Part shown: positions 18,603-28,709 of the stretch, one piece after another | Position numbering within the stretch: the stretch's first letter is position 1 | Layout: each line of letters begins with the position of its first letter | From: an uncultured bacterium | GTDB lineage: Bacteria; Chlamydiota; Chlamydiia; Chlamydiales; SM23-39 | Assembly: GCA_963716985.1 (NCBI GenBank) | Contig: OY970323.1 | Location: 896,001-960,000, forward strand | Direction of reading: 5' to 3' | DNA: 64,000 nt | Program-made: the position numbers and the translations under genes | Notes under the pieces: generated by a model | Seen by the model: only the letters and a program-made list of their open reading frames with translations | Database searches by the model: none | Told to the model about the DNA's origin: nothing

Positions 18603-20525
18603 TTAGATCGTTCGGAATACATCTTGATTTCCTCCGGATCTTCGAGAAGAAAACGCATGCATAGCATTCGCTTTCAATTGGTCATTGCCTTTGAATGCAT
18701 GATCGAGACAGATAAATCTTTCGGGATCGGTTGCTGCAACAGCTTCAATGAACTCTCTTGTAATTTCCGATTCCAGACAGATCATCAGCACACCATCTCC
18801 AATAGAATAGACTGTTTTTCCAGCTATTTGCTGTTTCTCGATTTTTGCAGTAGGTAGATAGCCTGATTTCAGAAGCAATTCATAAAGAATGTCTTCTTGA
18901 GACGCCTTGGGATCGATATGAGGGATATGTCCTTCAAGCTTAAGGAGTAGTTCGTTTATAGTTATTTGAGAGGTTGGTTCCCATATCTTGAAGTTGGATT
19001 TATCGAGTTTTAAGACTTTAAAGCCTAAATCGAGATTTGGTTGATCCCCCATCTCTTGCTTGATTTTGTTAATCACCCGGCGGATTCTCTCTTTTCCTAT
19101 ATCTGCAATTGTAGTGTAACCGGCTTTATAGGCATCAGATTCTGGTGCGCATGGTTCTGGCAGTTGGACCATGATGAATTTTCGGTTGCCAGCATCTTCT
19201 TTATTCATATCCAAAACAGCATGGGCAGTAGTGCTCGAACCAGAGAAAAAGTCTAAAATAATATCATCTTTTCCAGTGGCGCCTTGCTCAATCAAAATTT
19301 TCAGCAAAGAAATTGGTTTGGGAAAGTCAAAAAACTTGCCCTCCAATAAGGATCGGACTTCTCTACTTCCGTTTAAAGTATATCCCACATCTTCTGCCAA
19401 AACTGATGAAAATCCAGTTTGATTACTTGATAATTCAGATAAAAATTTCTTTTCTCTTGGCCTGCCGTCTTGTTTTTTGGGAAAAATAATCCGATTATCT
19501 TTTATTTTTTCTTGTAATGTTTGATGAGAGTATCGCCATCCACTATCTTGGGGGGGAGCAAATTTCCATCCAGTTTTTGGATCTTCTATTTTAAAATGAA
19601 GGTTAGGTCTTTGAGAGGCATTTGCCAGTCCAAGTATACTATTGCTCATCCATGCTCCTCTCGGGTCATTATCAGGATTAGTATATTTTGACAGATCAAT
19701 GTCTTTTCCTCGAAGTGCGGAGGTTTCAGATCTCTTTGAATAAACCACAATGTATTCATGATCAATTGAAGCGTTACTTTGATTGCGGCTATCTACAATT
19801 TGTCGACTTTTCCAAATGAAATTTCCTATGAAGTTCTCCTCTCCAAATACCATATCGCAAAGTTTTCTTAGGTTAACCATTTCGTTATCATCAATTGAAA
19901 TGAATATTGTCCCATCTTCGCGAAGTAAATTTCTTGCTAAATACAGGCGTGAATACATCATATTCAGCCACTTGGTATGAAAGCGGCCTTCGTTAGCGGT
20001 ATTTGTGGAAAATTTCTTTCCCTTGTCGTCAACGAATCCAGCATATGCAAGATAAGTGTCGAGAGATTCTGCAAAGTTATCGGGGTAGATAAACTCTTTT
20101 CCAGTATTGTAAGGAGGATCGATGTAGATCATTTTGACTTTACCGAAATAGGACTTCTGAAGCAGTTTCAGCACTTCAAGATTATCGCCCTCGATAAAGA
20201 GATTTTCAGTAGTGTCGAAATTAACAGATTCTTCTCGGAATGGCTTTAGAGTTGCAAGAGATGGTTGCTGAATAATCTTTAAGCATTCCTTTTTTCCAGG
20301 CCAATCCATCCCATAGCGTTCTTTACGGCCCTCAAAAAGATCGCTAAAGGTTCCGAGATCGGCTTTTAGTTTTTCAAAATCGATGGATTCAATCAGGTTG
20401 CCTTTTTCATTTAGAGTCTCAGTAAAAACAGAAGGGAAAAGAGCTTTAAGTCTTTTTATTTTTTCAGAATCTATAGTCATAGATTTTAAATCTATTTTGC
20501 TTTGTAAATTTGTGCCTGTATTCAT
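18603..20525 (-). CDS. mod: Type III adenine DNA methyltransferase
   Basis: IEGDNL, IYIDPPYN and DFFSGSSTT motifs; adjacent to res. Confidence 0.94.
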   Translation of the reverse strand: MNTGTNLQSKIDLKSMTIDSEKIKRLKALFPSVFTETLNEKGNLIESIDFEKLKADLGTFSDLFEGRKERYGMDWPGKKECLKIIQQPSLATLKPFREESVNFDTTENLFIEGDNLEVLKLLQKSYFGKVKMIYIDPPYNTGKEFIYPDNFAESLDTYLAYAGFVDDKGKKFSTNTANEGRFHTKWLNMMYSRLYLARNLLREDGTIFISIDDNEMVNLRKLCDMVFGEENFIGNFIWKSRQIVDSRNQSNASIDHEYIVVYSKRSETSALRGKDIDLSKYTNPDNDPRGAWMSNSILGLANASQRPNLHFKIEDPKTGWKFAPPQDSGWRYSHQTLQEKIKDNRIIFPKKQDGRPREKKFLSELSSNQTGFSSVLAEDVGYTLNGSREVRSLLEGKFFDFPKPISLLKILIEQGATGKDDIILDFFSGSSTTAHAVLDMNKEDAGNRKFIMVQLPEPCAPESDAYKAGYTTIADIGKERIRRVINKIKQEMGDQPNLDLGFKVLKLDKSNFKIWEPTSQITINELLLKLEGHIPHIDPKASQEDILYELLLKSGYLPTAKIEKQQIAGKTVYSIGDGVLMICLESEITREFIEAVAATDPERFICLDHAFKGNDQLKANAMHAFSSRRSGGNQDVFRTI

Positions 20526-21802
20526 TAAAAACCCTCTTCTTTATCTTGGTTTTTTGTTCTTTTGTGTTTTTTTAGACTAATATCTCCGAGCCATTCTTTA
20601 AAAACTTTTACGAATAAATTAATTTTGAATTTTAAATTGCCAATTTTAGTTTTCAGTTTATTTTGTTCTGAGAAAAATTGCTGCACATTGATTGTTTTAA
20701 CGTGAGAAAACTTACGGTTCGCACCATAATTTAGACAAATTATTGTTCCAGGGCATAAAGGGAGATTCCATCCTGTAACTTGCTGACTAAGTTCTTTATG
20801 AGTACCTTGACAAAGGGCTAATCGCAGCTCAATGCTCTCAATCGGGTCGCATGTAACGCAAATTACTTCTCTTCTTTTTGAGTCACCTTTCATGCTGCCA
20901 CTAGAAAATCCATATATCGCAAAATGCATGAGTTTTATATCTAGTAAATCGCTATTGGGCTTGAAGGCCCAATTATATTGTTTTACCCACATTTCTAGTC
21001 GTCTGATTTGATATAAATTTAATAATCTCTTTAAACCGCGAAGTTTTTTGTTTTCGTGTTTTAAATGTTTAAGACGAAAAATATGATTTATAAAACGTCT
21101 GTGTAGAATTAGCCTTGTGAAGGGCGCGTCGGAATTAATAAAATGTTGGTTATGATAAGTAGCAAACAAACAGTCATAGAATTTTTCTGCCTGCAACCAC
21201 GTTTCATTCGCAATCTTATCTTCAATCCACTCTGGGCACTCCCACAAAACAGGAAAGACAACTAAACGATCCCATAAAAGATTCCACTCAATTAATTTAA
21301 GATGATTCTCTTTAGGATCACAAATCATTTTTCCAACACGATAAAAGGTGTTGTTTAGGAGTTCAGTTGACTTTTTGTTGCCAACAAAATTACAACTTTC
21401 CTGATACAATGTATTGAGATTTTCTTTTGAAAAGAACTCGTGAGATCTGATGTTTTGAAGCATTTCTTTGGATATTTTATCAATTTGATCGGCCAGCTTT
21501 TTTCCATCAGAAAATGCAGCTAGAGGAATGGAAACTCCCTTATAAATAGTGATTTTTTCCCAGATCGTTCCCTTTCCAATGCGCTCAAGGAACCCTTCTA
21601 TTGTAAAACAAGGATCGAATCCGTTTTCAAAAATAGGATTTAAATTACACAATAAGTCAGAGAGTTGATCATAAATTGCTTCCTGTCCTTTTTTAGATAT
21701 AGGATCTACGACATTATCATCGAAGAGAACTAGAGGTGAAATGACATCTGTCTTATCCGCAGAAGGGTAAGGGTTTTTAATATTTTTAGTTTCTATGCTC
21801 AT
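20525..21802 (-). CDS. AT-rich hypothetical protein, possibly a PIN-like ribonuclease
   Basis: 425-aa ORF coupled to the mod start (TAATG). Acidic motifs LVLFDDNV, IEGFLE, SDLLD and VTCD occur in PIN-like order. Confidence 0.55.
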   Translation of the reverse strand: MSIETKNIKNPYPSADKTDVISPLVLFDDNVVDPISKKGQEAIYDQLSDLLCNLNPIFENGFDPCFTIEGFLERIGKGTIWEKITIYKGVSIPLAAFSDGKKLADQIDKISKEMLQNIRSHEFFSKENLNTLYQESCNFVGNKKSTELLNNTFYRVGKMICDPKENHLKLIEWNLLWDRLVVFPVLWECPEWIEDKIANETWLQAEKFYDCLFATYHNQHFINSDAPFTRLILHRRFINHIFRLKHLKHENKKLRGLKRLLNLYQIRRLEMWVKQYNWAFKPNSDLLDIKLMHFAIYGFSSGSMKGDSKRREVICVTCDPIESIELRLALCQGTHKELSQQVTGWNLPLCPGTIICLNYGANRKFSHVKTINVQQFFSEQNKLKTKIGNLKFKINLFVKVFKEWLGDISLKKHKRTKNQDKEEGF

Positions 21803-21828
21803 TTTACCTTTTCAAATCCATACATTCT

Positions 21829-24666
21829 TCAAATCAGTTTCCACCGGATGGTGAAAAGAGTTTGTTCCTCAACATTTTGTTTTAACCTAGCCTGGGTTTG
21901 ATCGATCAGGCCATCTTTTTGTCTATCGATTCCTCTGACAGCTTCATCATACTCTCTCCATGCGGAGTCCCTCTTTTTCTCGAGTGCGCGTAAATTTCTC
22001 TGGATTGCCAACTTTTCAGGAAAATTGAGAGCTGTCCGCACCTGTTTTTTTAACTCCGTAATTTCGGTATCATAATCATCCAGTGTAGTTTTTAGCGACT
22101 GCCGTTTATCGTTGGCCCAACGGTCAAGTTTGTCCATCTCTTCTTGGAAGAAAACGCCGCTTTTCTCAGATATAGTGGAAAGGAGATCGGCTTTCATGCG
22201 CTGATAGGCTAAATCGATGAGATGATTAGGAATAGAGGAACAGCCTCGAACATCGGCCGGTAGATTAAAGAGTCGACGAGCTTGGTCTGCATCTAGTTCG
22301 TTGCCATTATCAGTTAAAGCGATAGAGAGAATGTGGTCTTCGGAGTCAAGCGTATTGATGATTGTCAATTGTTTCACTGCAAGGATGCCGGAATGTCCAA
22401 TAAGAGGCTCCAGGGCTGATATTTTCCTTCCATGCCCTGTGTAGTAGAAAGTAAGCTCGGCTAGGGGGAGCTGCTTTTCTTGCGCTGAGCTAAGAACCCA
22501 GTGTGCAAGAGGGTGCTGGCTTCGATAATGGTAGCCAGTAGCGTCTTGTCGTTTGAGTGTGTAGAGGCCGGTTTGAATTCCCGGCTGAGGAGATGTTTTC
22601 AGTGTAAATGCGAGAGCAGCTTCATTGAAAACAGCTTGTTCTTTGAGGATGTGTTGCGTGGTGTCCCAGAGCAGAGCCTCGTAGAGACTGAGAGATTCAG
22701 TCGTTTTTTCTTTATAGATGTTAAGTTTTTCTGCCACCTCCGCATCAAAATTCTCCAAAAGCTTTTGTCGTGTGGACCGCATATTCTCGATAATCTCGGC
22801 ACTGAGGTCGTGTTGCAAAGCGTCGAAGGCTGATTGGATGTCTTCTTTTTTTCTGCAGGTTTGGTAAATGTCGGCTATCCGTTTTTCAAAGTCGATTCCA
22901 GATTCAATACTACCAAGCACTTCGTCACTGGCTCCAAAAACACCGTTGAAAAGACGGAATTTTTCAGAAAGAAGTTGATAAACCCGTTGATCAGCGGCGT
23001 TGTTTTTGTTGAGGAAATTTACTACTACAACATCGTGTTTTTGGCCGTATCGGTGACATCTGCCAATTCGCTGCTCAATTCTCTGGGGATTCCAAGGAAG
23101 GTCATAGTTGACTACGAGGGAGCAGAATTGGAGGTTGATTCCTTCAGCTGCTGCCTCAGTGGCGATCATGATTTTGGCTTTTTCGCGGAAATAGTCGACA
23201 AGAGCTGCTCGGGTGTCGGCAGTTTTTGAACCTGTAATTTTATCTGTGCCACTAAAGCGAGATTCCCATTCGGTGTAAATACTTCGTGATTGTCCATCGC
23301 TATTAGAGCCGTTAAAAAGAACGAGATCATCAGTATATCCATTTTCTGAAAGGAGCTTGACAAGGTAGTTTTGAGTTCGGCGAGATTCAGTAAAAATGAT
23401 TGCTTTTTCTGCTCCACCGAGCTCTCCTGTCATTTGAAACCCTATTTTCAGGGCTTTGAGAAGCGATTCTCCCTTTGCGTTCTGAGTGATTTTCATGGAG
23501 AGGTCAAAAAAGCTTCGCAGTTCTAGGATCTCTTCTTGTATAATTTGTCGCTCTTCTGACGTGAGGGGCTGGGGTAGTTCGTCATCATCGATTTCTAATT
23601 CATCTGCCAATTCTTCAAATCTCTCAAAATCTTCTTCAAAAGATAGATCGGATTTTTTGTCGTTTTTAAGACGCTTTTCGAGCTTGTTGATGAGAGACTC
23701 TAAGGCCCCGGCAATGGCAAATGTCGACGATGCAAGTAATCTGCGTAAAACGAGTGTCATCAAGCTACGTTGACTTGACGGAAGAGCCTGAAGATTGGGG
23801 CGACAAAGATAGTCTGAAATCATGTCGTAAAGAATTTCTTCATCTTCAGTGGGTATAAATTCTTCAGTGTGAGCTTTCCTCTCGGTATATTGGATGTATT
23901 TAAGCACTTGGCGTCGAAGGGTGCGCTTACAAATCTTATTGAGACGGTTTTTCAGATCATCGAAATTATCTTCAGAAGTAAGCCTTGCGAACTGAGATCG
24001 GAAGCTTTTTAGGTCGCCAAAAGTGTGTACGTCAATGAAACTGACTAGCCCATAAAGCTCGAGCAGTGAGTTTTGAAGAGGTGTGGCAGTGAGAAGGAGT
24101 TTGGGCGCATGTTCTGTTGCCTGTTTTAACTCTCGAGCAACCTTGTTCCCAGTTTTATAGACATTGCGGAGGCGATGGGCTTCATCTATAACGATGAGGT
24201 CCCATTGAACAGATTTGATGAAGTCTGCTTTATTGCGAGCGAAGGAATAAGAGCAGATGACGATTTCAGAAACATCGAAGGGATTGCATTCGCCTTCTTT
24301 AATGACTTTTTTAAAAGAGGAAGTTTCCAAGATGATAGAGGGGAGATAAAATTTTTCTTGGAGTTCTTGATGCCATTGCTTTCGTAAGCTTGAAGGAAGA
24401 ATAATTAAAAGTTTTCGTTTTCGCTCAGCCCATTTCTGAGAGAGGACGATCCCGGCTTCAATGGTTTTCCCAAGACCCACTTCATCGGCAAGGATGGCAC
24501 CTTTAGAAAGAGGAGAGCGAAAAGCAAATAAAGCTGCGTCTACTTGGTGAGGGTTTAGATCGACCTGAGAATCCATTAAGGCTGCTGTAAAACGTTCCAC
24601 GCTATCCGATGGACAACGTCGGAGCAATTCATAAGCAAAAAGCTTTGCGTGGTAGTCCGTAATCAT
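21829..24666 (-). CDS. SNF2-family helicase/ATPase with C-terminal coiled coil
   Basis: LADEVGLGKT, DEAH, TATP, EGINLQ and QRIGRCHRYGQ. The ATG at 24666 overlaps the nuclease stop (ATGA). Confidence 0.93.
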   Translation of the reverse strand: MITDYHAKLFAYELLRRCPSDSVERFTAALMDSQVDLNPHQVDAALFAFRSPLSKGAILADEVGLGKTIEAGIVLSQKWAERKRKLLIILPSSLRKQWHQELQEKFYLPSIILETSSFKKVIKEGECNPFDVSEIVICSYSFARNKADFIKSVQWDLIVIDEAHRLRNVYKTGNKVARELKQATEHAPKLLLTATPLQNSLLELYGLVSFIDVHTFGDLKSFRSQFARLTSEDNFDDLKNRLNKICKRTLRRQVLKYIQYTERKAHTEEFIPTEDEEILYDMISDYLCRPNLQALPSSQRSLMTLVLRRLLASSTFAIAGALESLINKLEKRLKNDKKSDLSFEEDFERFEELADELEIDDDELPQPLTSEERQIIQEEILELRSFFDLSMKITQNAKGESLLKALKIGFQMTGELGGAEKAIIFTESRRTQNYLVKLLSENGYTDDLVLFNGSNSDGQSRSIYTEWESRFSGTDKITGSKTADTRAALVDYFREKAKIMIATEAAAEGINLQFCSLVVNYDLPWNPQRIEQRIGRCHRYGQKHDVVVVNFLNKNNAADQRVYQLLSEKFRLFNGVFGASDEVLGSIESGIDFEKRIADIYQTCRKKEDIQSAFDALQHDLSAEIIENMRSTRQKLLENFDAEVAEKLNIYKEKTTESLSLYEALLWDTTQHILKEQAVFNEAALAFTLKTSPQPGIQTGLYTLKRQDATGYHYRSQHPLAHWVLSSAQEKQLPLAELTFYYTGHGRKISALEPLIGHSGILAVKQLTIINTLDSEDHILSIALTDNGNELDADQARRLFNLPADVRGCSSIPNHLIDLAYQRMKADLLSTISEKSGVFFQEEMDKLDRWANDKRQSLKTTLDDYDTEITELKKQVRTALNFPEKLAIQRNLRALEKKRDSAWREYDEAVRGIDRQKDGLIDQTQARLKQNVEEQTLFTIRWKLI

Positions 24667-25391
24667 TCGAGCACACCATTTGCGGCAAGCCGATAGGAAC
24701 AAAGGCTGCAAGAGGGGTTGGGTTCTGGCGGGTGTTCTGTTGTTAGGGCGGAATGAATCTCAAGTAATTTAGGCTCTATCCAGCTGTCATCGCCAAGATA
24801 GGGGATGACTGAGATTTCGAATTTCAGGCATTCGCCAAATTCAGGAACGTCTTTCTTGCCATTGCAGTAGATGAAATAGCCGGTGTGTGAGACTTGAAAA
24901 CCGTTTTTCCTGAATAGCCATTGGTAAATTTCCATTTGTCTTTTGTAGCTAAGCTGCCAGTCGGCATCTAAATTGATTTCGCCCGCCTTGCTGGTTGCTT
25001 TGTAGTCTACGATGATCAGTTCTCCGGAGGGAGTGATCCAGACGTCATCGATGGCCCCCGTAACTAAAAATCGGGTCGGTTCGTGTAAATAGGAAATGCC
25101 CTTCTGATTCTTTCGCCATTCATCCAGTTTTTCATGTTGGAAGGGGATTGCGTCAATCTTGTGCTTGATCATCAGGGGATGAGCCTCTCCCTTTGCTCGA
25201 TAGAGGTCGAATTCCTTTTTCAGAAGATGGTCAACAGCAGAGTTTAGGTTGAACGGAAGTCCTCCAGGTTGCGCAACTCCAAGTTTGCGATCGAGGTAGA
25301 AGCAAAAGGGACATTCACAAAAAAGCTCGATCTTTGAGCGGCTTAATTTGAATGGTTTTGTGTCTTGAGGATCAAAGCCCTTTCTTTTCAT
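24663..25391 (-). CDS. Cas4/RecB-like PD-(D/E)XK nuclease
   Basis: LSRSKIELFCECPFCFY, GAIDD...VDYKAT, QMEIY and C-terminal CSLCSY. Confidence 0.88.
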   Translation of the reverse strand: MKRKGFDPQDTKPFKLSRSKIELFCECPFCFYLDRKLGVAQPGGLPFNLNSAVDHLLKKEFDLYRAKGEAHPLMIKHKIDAIPFQHEKLDEWRKNQKGISYLHEPTRFLVTGAIDDVWITPSGELIIVDYKATSKAGEINLDADWQLSYKRQMEIYQWLFRKNGFQVSHTGYFIYCNGKKDVPEFGECLKFEISVIPYLGDDSWIEPKLLEIHSALTTEHPPEPNPSCSLCSYRLAANGVLE

Positions 25392-25600
25392 TTTCTTCCA
25401 TTTTAAGTTGTTGATTTAACGTATAATAAGATAGCAGGATTGCAAATAAGATGATATTGTGATTTTTCGTCAATTAAACTATTTTATTTGAATTCCGCAA
25501 GATGGCTGTTTTAGGGAAAATGACTGAAATGCAGAATATTTTTAGGATGTTCTAAATCAATGTGTAAGGGGTGACCTCTGCATCCAAGCGGATGCGCATT

Positions 25601-26695
25601 CTATTTTTTATTATTGAATAATTTCTCATTCAGTTTCGCTGCTGCTGAGTAGATGTGCGCGTTGGAAAGATGGGCATATCTTTTGGTCATTTGGACTGTT
25701 TTATGACCGAGCAGGGTCCCGATTTCTAGCAGGCTCGCTTGGTTCATGGCCAGGTAGGAAGCGGCTGTATGACGAAGATCGTGAAAGCGGAAGTTCGCGA
25801 TGCCTGTATTTCTCAGAGCGGTATTCCAAGCGGATCGGATGTCGAGAGGTTTAGATTGCGAGTGAGGGGCGGGGAATATAAGAGCATTTGTGGCTTGATT
25901 GATGTATCTTGCGCGCAGAAGATCCAGCGCCTTCCCAAGCAGTGGAATATATCGGCGCTCCCCATTTTTGGTGGTTTGTAAGAGGATTGCGCCTTTCACG
26001 AGATCGACATCGCTCCATTTGAGATTCATGATTTCGCTTCTTCTCATGCCTGTCGAAAGGGCCAGTATTACAATTGGGTAGAGTCCTTTTGATTTACTTT
26101 CTCGGCAGGCTTGAATGAGCTTTGCTTTCTCATCCTCATTGAGAAATCGCGTTCTGCCATTGGAGATTTTCGGTTTTGAGATTTTCATGACGGGATTTTC
26201 TTGGACCCATTCCCAATCTTTAACGGCGATCGCAAAGGCGTGAGAGAGACTGGCAAGATAGCGGACCACGGTTGTAGAAGAACGGAGCTTGCCTTTGCAA
26301 GTCAGCCCAGCAAGGAGCTCGTCTCGCTTTTGTACAACGAGATTGGGTTTGATATCGGAAAGGAGGCAATGTCCCAGTTCTTGTTTCCACCAGAGAAGAT
26401 GCTGGCGGACGTTTCTCGCGTTTTTTGGCTTTGAAGGAAGAACTTGTTCGATATAGCGATCAATCAATTCGGCTAAAGTGTTTTTGCTGCCAGGTTTGGC
26501 ATACTCGTACTTGCCTTGTTCAACGGCTGATTCAGTGTCGCGTTTCCATTTCATGGCGAGATTTTTGGAAGCGAACGATTGGATGAGGACGGGGTGTCCT
26601 TTGATGCGGACTCGGGCGCGGTAAGAAACCGTCCCGTCTTTGTGAATGCGTTTGTCGATGCCTTTCACGAGCTTACCTTTGTTATCAGTTTTCAA
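25601..26695 (-). CDS. Tyrosine recombinase/integrase (IntB)
   Basis: GMRRSEI, TKNG, FHDLRH, LLGH and MTKRY; lies next to a tRNA-derived att core. Confidence 0.95.
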   Translation of the reverse strand: MKTDNKGKLVKGIDKRIHKDGTVSYRARVRIKGHPVLIQSFASKNLAMKWKRDTESAVEQGKYEYAKPGSKNTLAELIDRYIEQVLPSKPKNARNVRQHLLWWKQELGHCLLSDIKPNLVVQKRDELLAGLTCKGKLRSSTTVVRYLASLSHAFAIAVKDWEWVQENPVMKISKPKISNGRTRFLNEDEKAKLIQACRESKSKGLYPIVILALSTGMRRSEIMNLKWSDVDLVKGAILLQTTKNGERRYIPLLGKALDLLRARYINQATNALIFPAPHSQSKPLDIRSAWNTALRNTGIANFRFHDLRHTAASYLAMNQASLLEIGTLLGHKTVQMTKRYAHLSNAHIYSAAAKLNEKLFNNKK

Positions 26696-26753
26696 AGGTT
26701 AGCTGCTGTTTGATGGCGGGGGATGGTGCTTCTATCGCCAATTGTTGTAGGCG

Positions 26754-26774
26754 AGTGGTCCACAAGTGGTCCAC
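26754..26774. repeat. Putative integrase arm-type sites (outer left)
   Basis: agtggtccac-a-agtggtccac, 11-bp period. Confidence 0.7.
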
Positions 26775-26853
26775 GGATGCGGACCGAGCTTTTTTCTGGT
26801 TTGGTCGATTTGTCGCAACCAGCTCATTTTTAGACTTATGAAGCCAAAAATAA

Positions 26854-26903
26854 AAGTGGGGCAACCTGGACTTGAACCAGGGACCGACGGGTTATGAGTC
26901 CGC
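26854..26903 (-). other. att core: 3' half of a tRNA with CAT anticodon (Ile2/Met type), not a full tRNA
   Basis: The minus strand reads GCGGACTCATAACCCGTCGGTCCCTGGTTCAAGTCCAGGTTGCCCCA. The D-arm and 5' acceptor strand are absent. 48/50 identical to 44711-44760. Confidence 0.88.
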
Positions 26904-27016
26904 GGTGTCCCTTCTATTGGCAACAATTCGCAATAACTAACAGAAGAAGTTTAAACGACTTGGAGCATTTCAATCTATGGCAATCTTTGGTGGCATGTTG
27001 TCTTTTTTAGTGCGTT

Positions 27017-27038
27017 AGTGGTCATCCAGTGGTCTTTT
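27017..27038. repeat. Putative integrase arm-type sites (inner left)
   Basis: agtggtcatcc-agtggtctttt, 11-bp period. Confidence 0.65.
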
Positions 27039-27074
27039 TAAGCATAGATTTAAGGATTTGGAATTTGTTTTCGG

Positions 27075-27109
27075 ACCCTGGAGGTTGAACCTCCAAGGTT
27101 CTCCAGGGT
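27075..27109. terminator. Stem-loop downstream of the AlbA-domain gene
   Basis: accctggag...ctccagggt inverted repeat with an alternative ggagg/cctcc hairpin. Confidence 0.4.
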
Positions 27110-27119
27110 TCTATTTAAC

Positions 27120-28478
27120 TTAACTCTTAGGCTTGGCTAAAACAAAGATTTTGTGAGGGTCGAATGGTCCTTTAGAAATTTCAATGAGGATGCCTTCTTT
27201 ACTCAGCTGTTTTAATCGCTGGTTAGCTGTTTTACGGGTGACTTTCCATATTTTATCAGCCTCTAAGACAGAGATTTTACCATATTGCTGAATGTGATCG
27301 AAAATGGGGGTGTACCATGGATGCTGCGGTCTGGCGTAAGCTATCCTTGGATAGAGGGTTACTCGGAAGAAGAAGCCCAACTCTTCAAATTTAGGAGTGA
27401 TCAGTCCGTGTTGAAGGCAGATTGCGCTCATGCGAGCGAGTCCAGATCCCCACTGCTCGATAAGTCGAAGCTCTCTGAATACCCGTCCCAATACTTTGTT
27501 GCGCAGTTGGGAGACCCCAGAGAGGGCGGCTTCCAGGCTCAGTCCGAGGGGTAGTGGCCCGGGATTGGTAATTTCCATGCGATCATCAAAAATGGCTACT
27601 TGGATGGATGAGCGCATGGTTGAGTAATCTGTATGTAAGAGGGCATTGATTACCGCTTCGCGTACAGCTTCGGGCGGATATTCTGGAATATCTATTCTAC
27701 GAACGGATTGGATCACAGCTCTCATGGAAGTATTGCGCCGAATGAAGGTCAAGATTTCATCGATCGCCAGAGGAAATGTGCTTTTGATGTCCGCATGGTC
27801 GATAGCAGTTGTTTTTGTCGTTCCTTCAAAGCGGATCAGGCGCACAAATGGATCCGGAAACAATCTATCGCGTTGTTTTCCAAAGAGCATCAAGGCGCCT
27901 TTGGTGGGGCGTGGACTGCCTCGAAGATCTACAATGAGTTCTAGCGATTGAGCGGTAGTCTGAGTGAACGGTTTGTCAACCGCCATAAACAGCTTGCGAG
28001 CCAGGTCCATGTCCAAATCATCAGGGGATGCATTTGGCTCGGGTAGTTGATCGAACGAGGTATGTTCTTTGATGCGTTTGATTTCAGCGATCAGAGAGGC
28101 ATCTGCAATGCGATTGGTAGATCCCAAACGTACAAAGACTCCGGCTTCTTCTCCCTTTTCCTTGAGATAAAATGGGCCGGGGCTATGGGATACATTAACG
28201 ATCAGTAAATCCTTGCCCCTCCATGAGATGAATTGGAGATTGGGCAGCAGGATAGGACTCACGGAGTCAGCGATGGCGTTTGCGACACGCTCTTCGTCTT
28301 GTTGGATGTTTTCTACTCCGATGACGTTCTTGGTCTTGTCTTGAATGCCAATGACCAACGTGCCTCCTGCTGTGTTAGCGAATGCGATGACAGTTTGAAC
28401 GATCTTAGACACGGATTGGGCATTTTCTTTAAACTCAAGAGTTTTACTCTCAGATTTTGCAAGTAGTTCTTCTAACAA
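27120..28478 (-). CDS. Schlafen/AlbA_2 domain + HATPase_c_4 (RecG-C-like) + wHTH protein
   Basis: ESKTLEFKE, AFANTAGGTLVIG, REAVINALLHTDY, ITNPG, RNKVL and EQWGSG motifs. Confidence 0.85.
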   Translation of the reverse strand: MLEELLAKSESKTLEFKENAQSVSKIVQTVIAFANTAGGTLVIGIQDKTKNVIGVENIQQDEERVANAIADSVSPILLPNLQFISWRGKDLLIVNVSHSPGPFYLKEKGEEAGVFVRLGSTNRIADASLIAEIKRIKEHTSFDQLPEPNASPDDLDMDLARKLFMAVDKPFTQTTAQSLELIVDLRGSPRPTKGALMLFGKQRDRLFPDPFVRLIRFEGTTKTTAIDHADIKSTFPLAIDEILTFIRRNTSMRAVIQSVRRIDIPEYPPEAVREAVINALLHTDYSTMRSSIQVAIFDDRMEITNPGPLPLGLSLEAALSGVSQLRNKVLGRVFRELRLIEQWGSGLARMSAICLQHGLITPKFEELGFFFRVTLYPRIAYARPQHPWYTPIFDHIQQYGKISVLEADKIWKVTRKTANQRLKQLSKEGILIEISKGPFDPHKIFVLAKPKS

Positions 28479-28709
28479 GAGATCCTCTCATGCCAATTTT
28501 TTCTATTTAGACAGATTTGGCAATCTTCTGATTTCATGCTTCTGAAATCAGTTTTCCATCAAAGAATATATTACCCATCGTTGCTTTTTGCAAGAGGGTT
28601 CATTTGGGGTGTGAAACGTGTAAGAGGTGTTTAGGCAGGATTAACGATTTGATTCTGAAGTGAATGTGAAAAACACTTGAATGCACACTTATGATGCTGC
28701 GAGGTAAGC

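Noticed and set aside
15714..25391. Assignment to DISARM or BREX
   Set aside because: No DrmA/DrmB/PLD or PglZ/BrxC-like genes were recognised, and Mod/Res are Type III-like.
25411..25440. dif-like site (atttaacgtataat)
   Set aside because: Only a partial resemblance to a XerD arm, with no XerC arm at the proper spacing.
26854..26930. Complete tRNA-Met/Ile genes here and at 44711-44790
   Set aside because: Only the anticodon arm, T-arm and 3' acceptor strand are present; the D-arm and 5' strand are missing.
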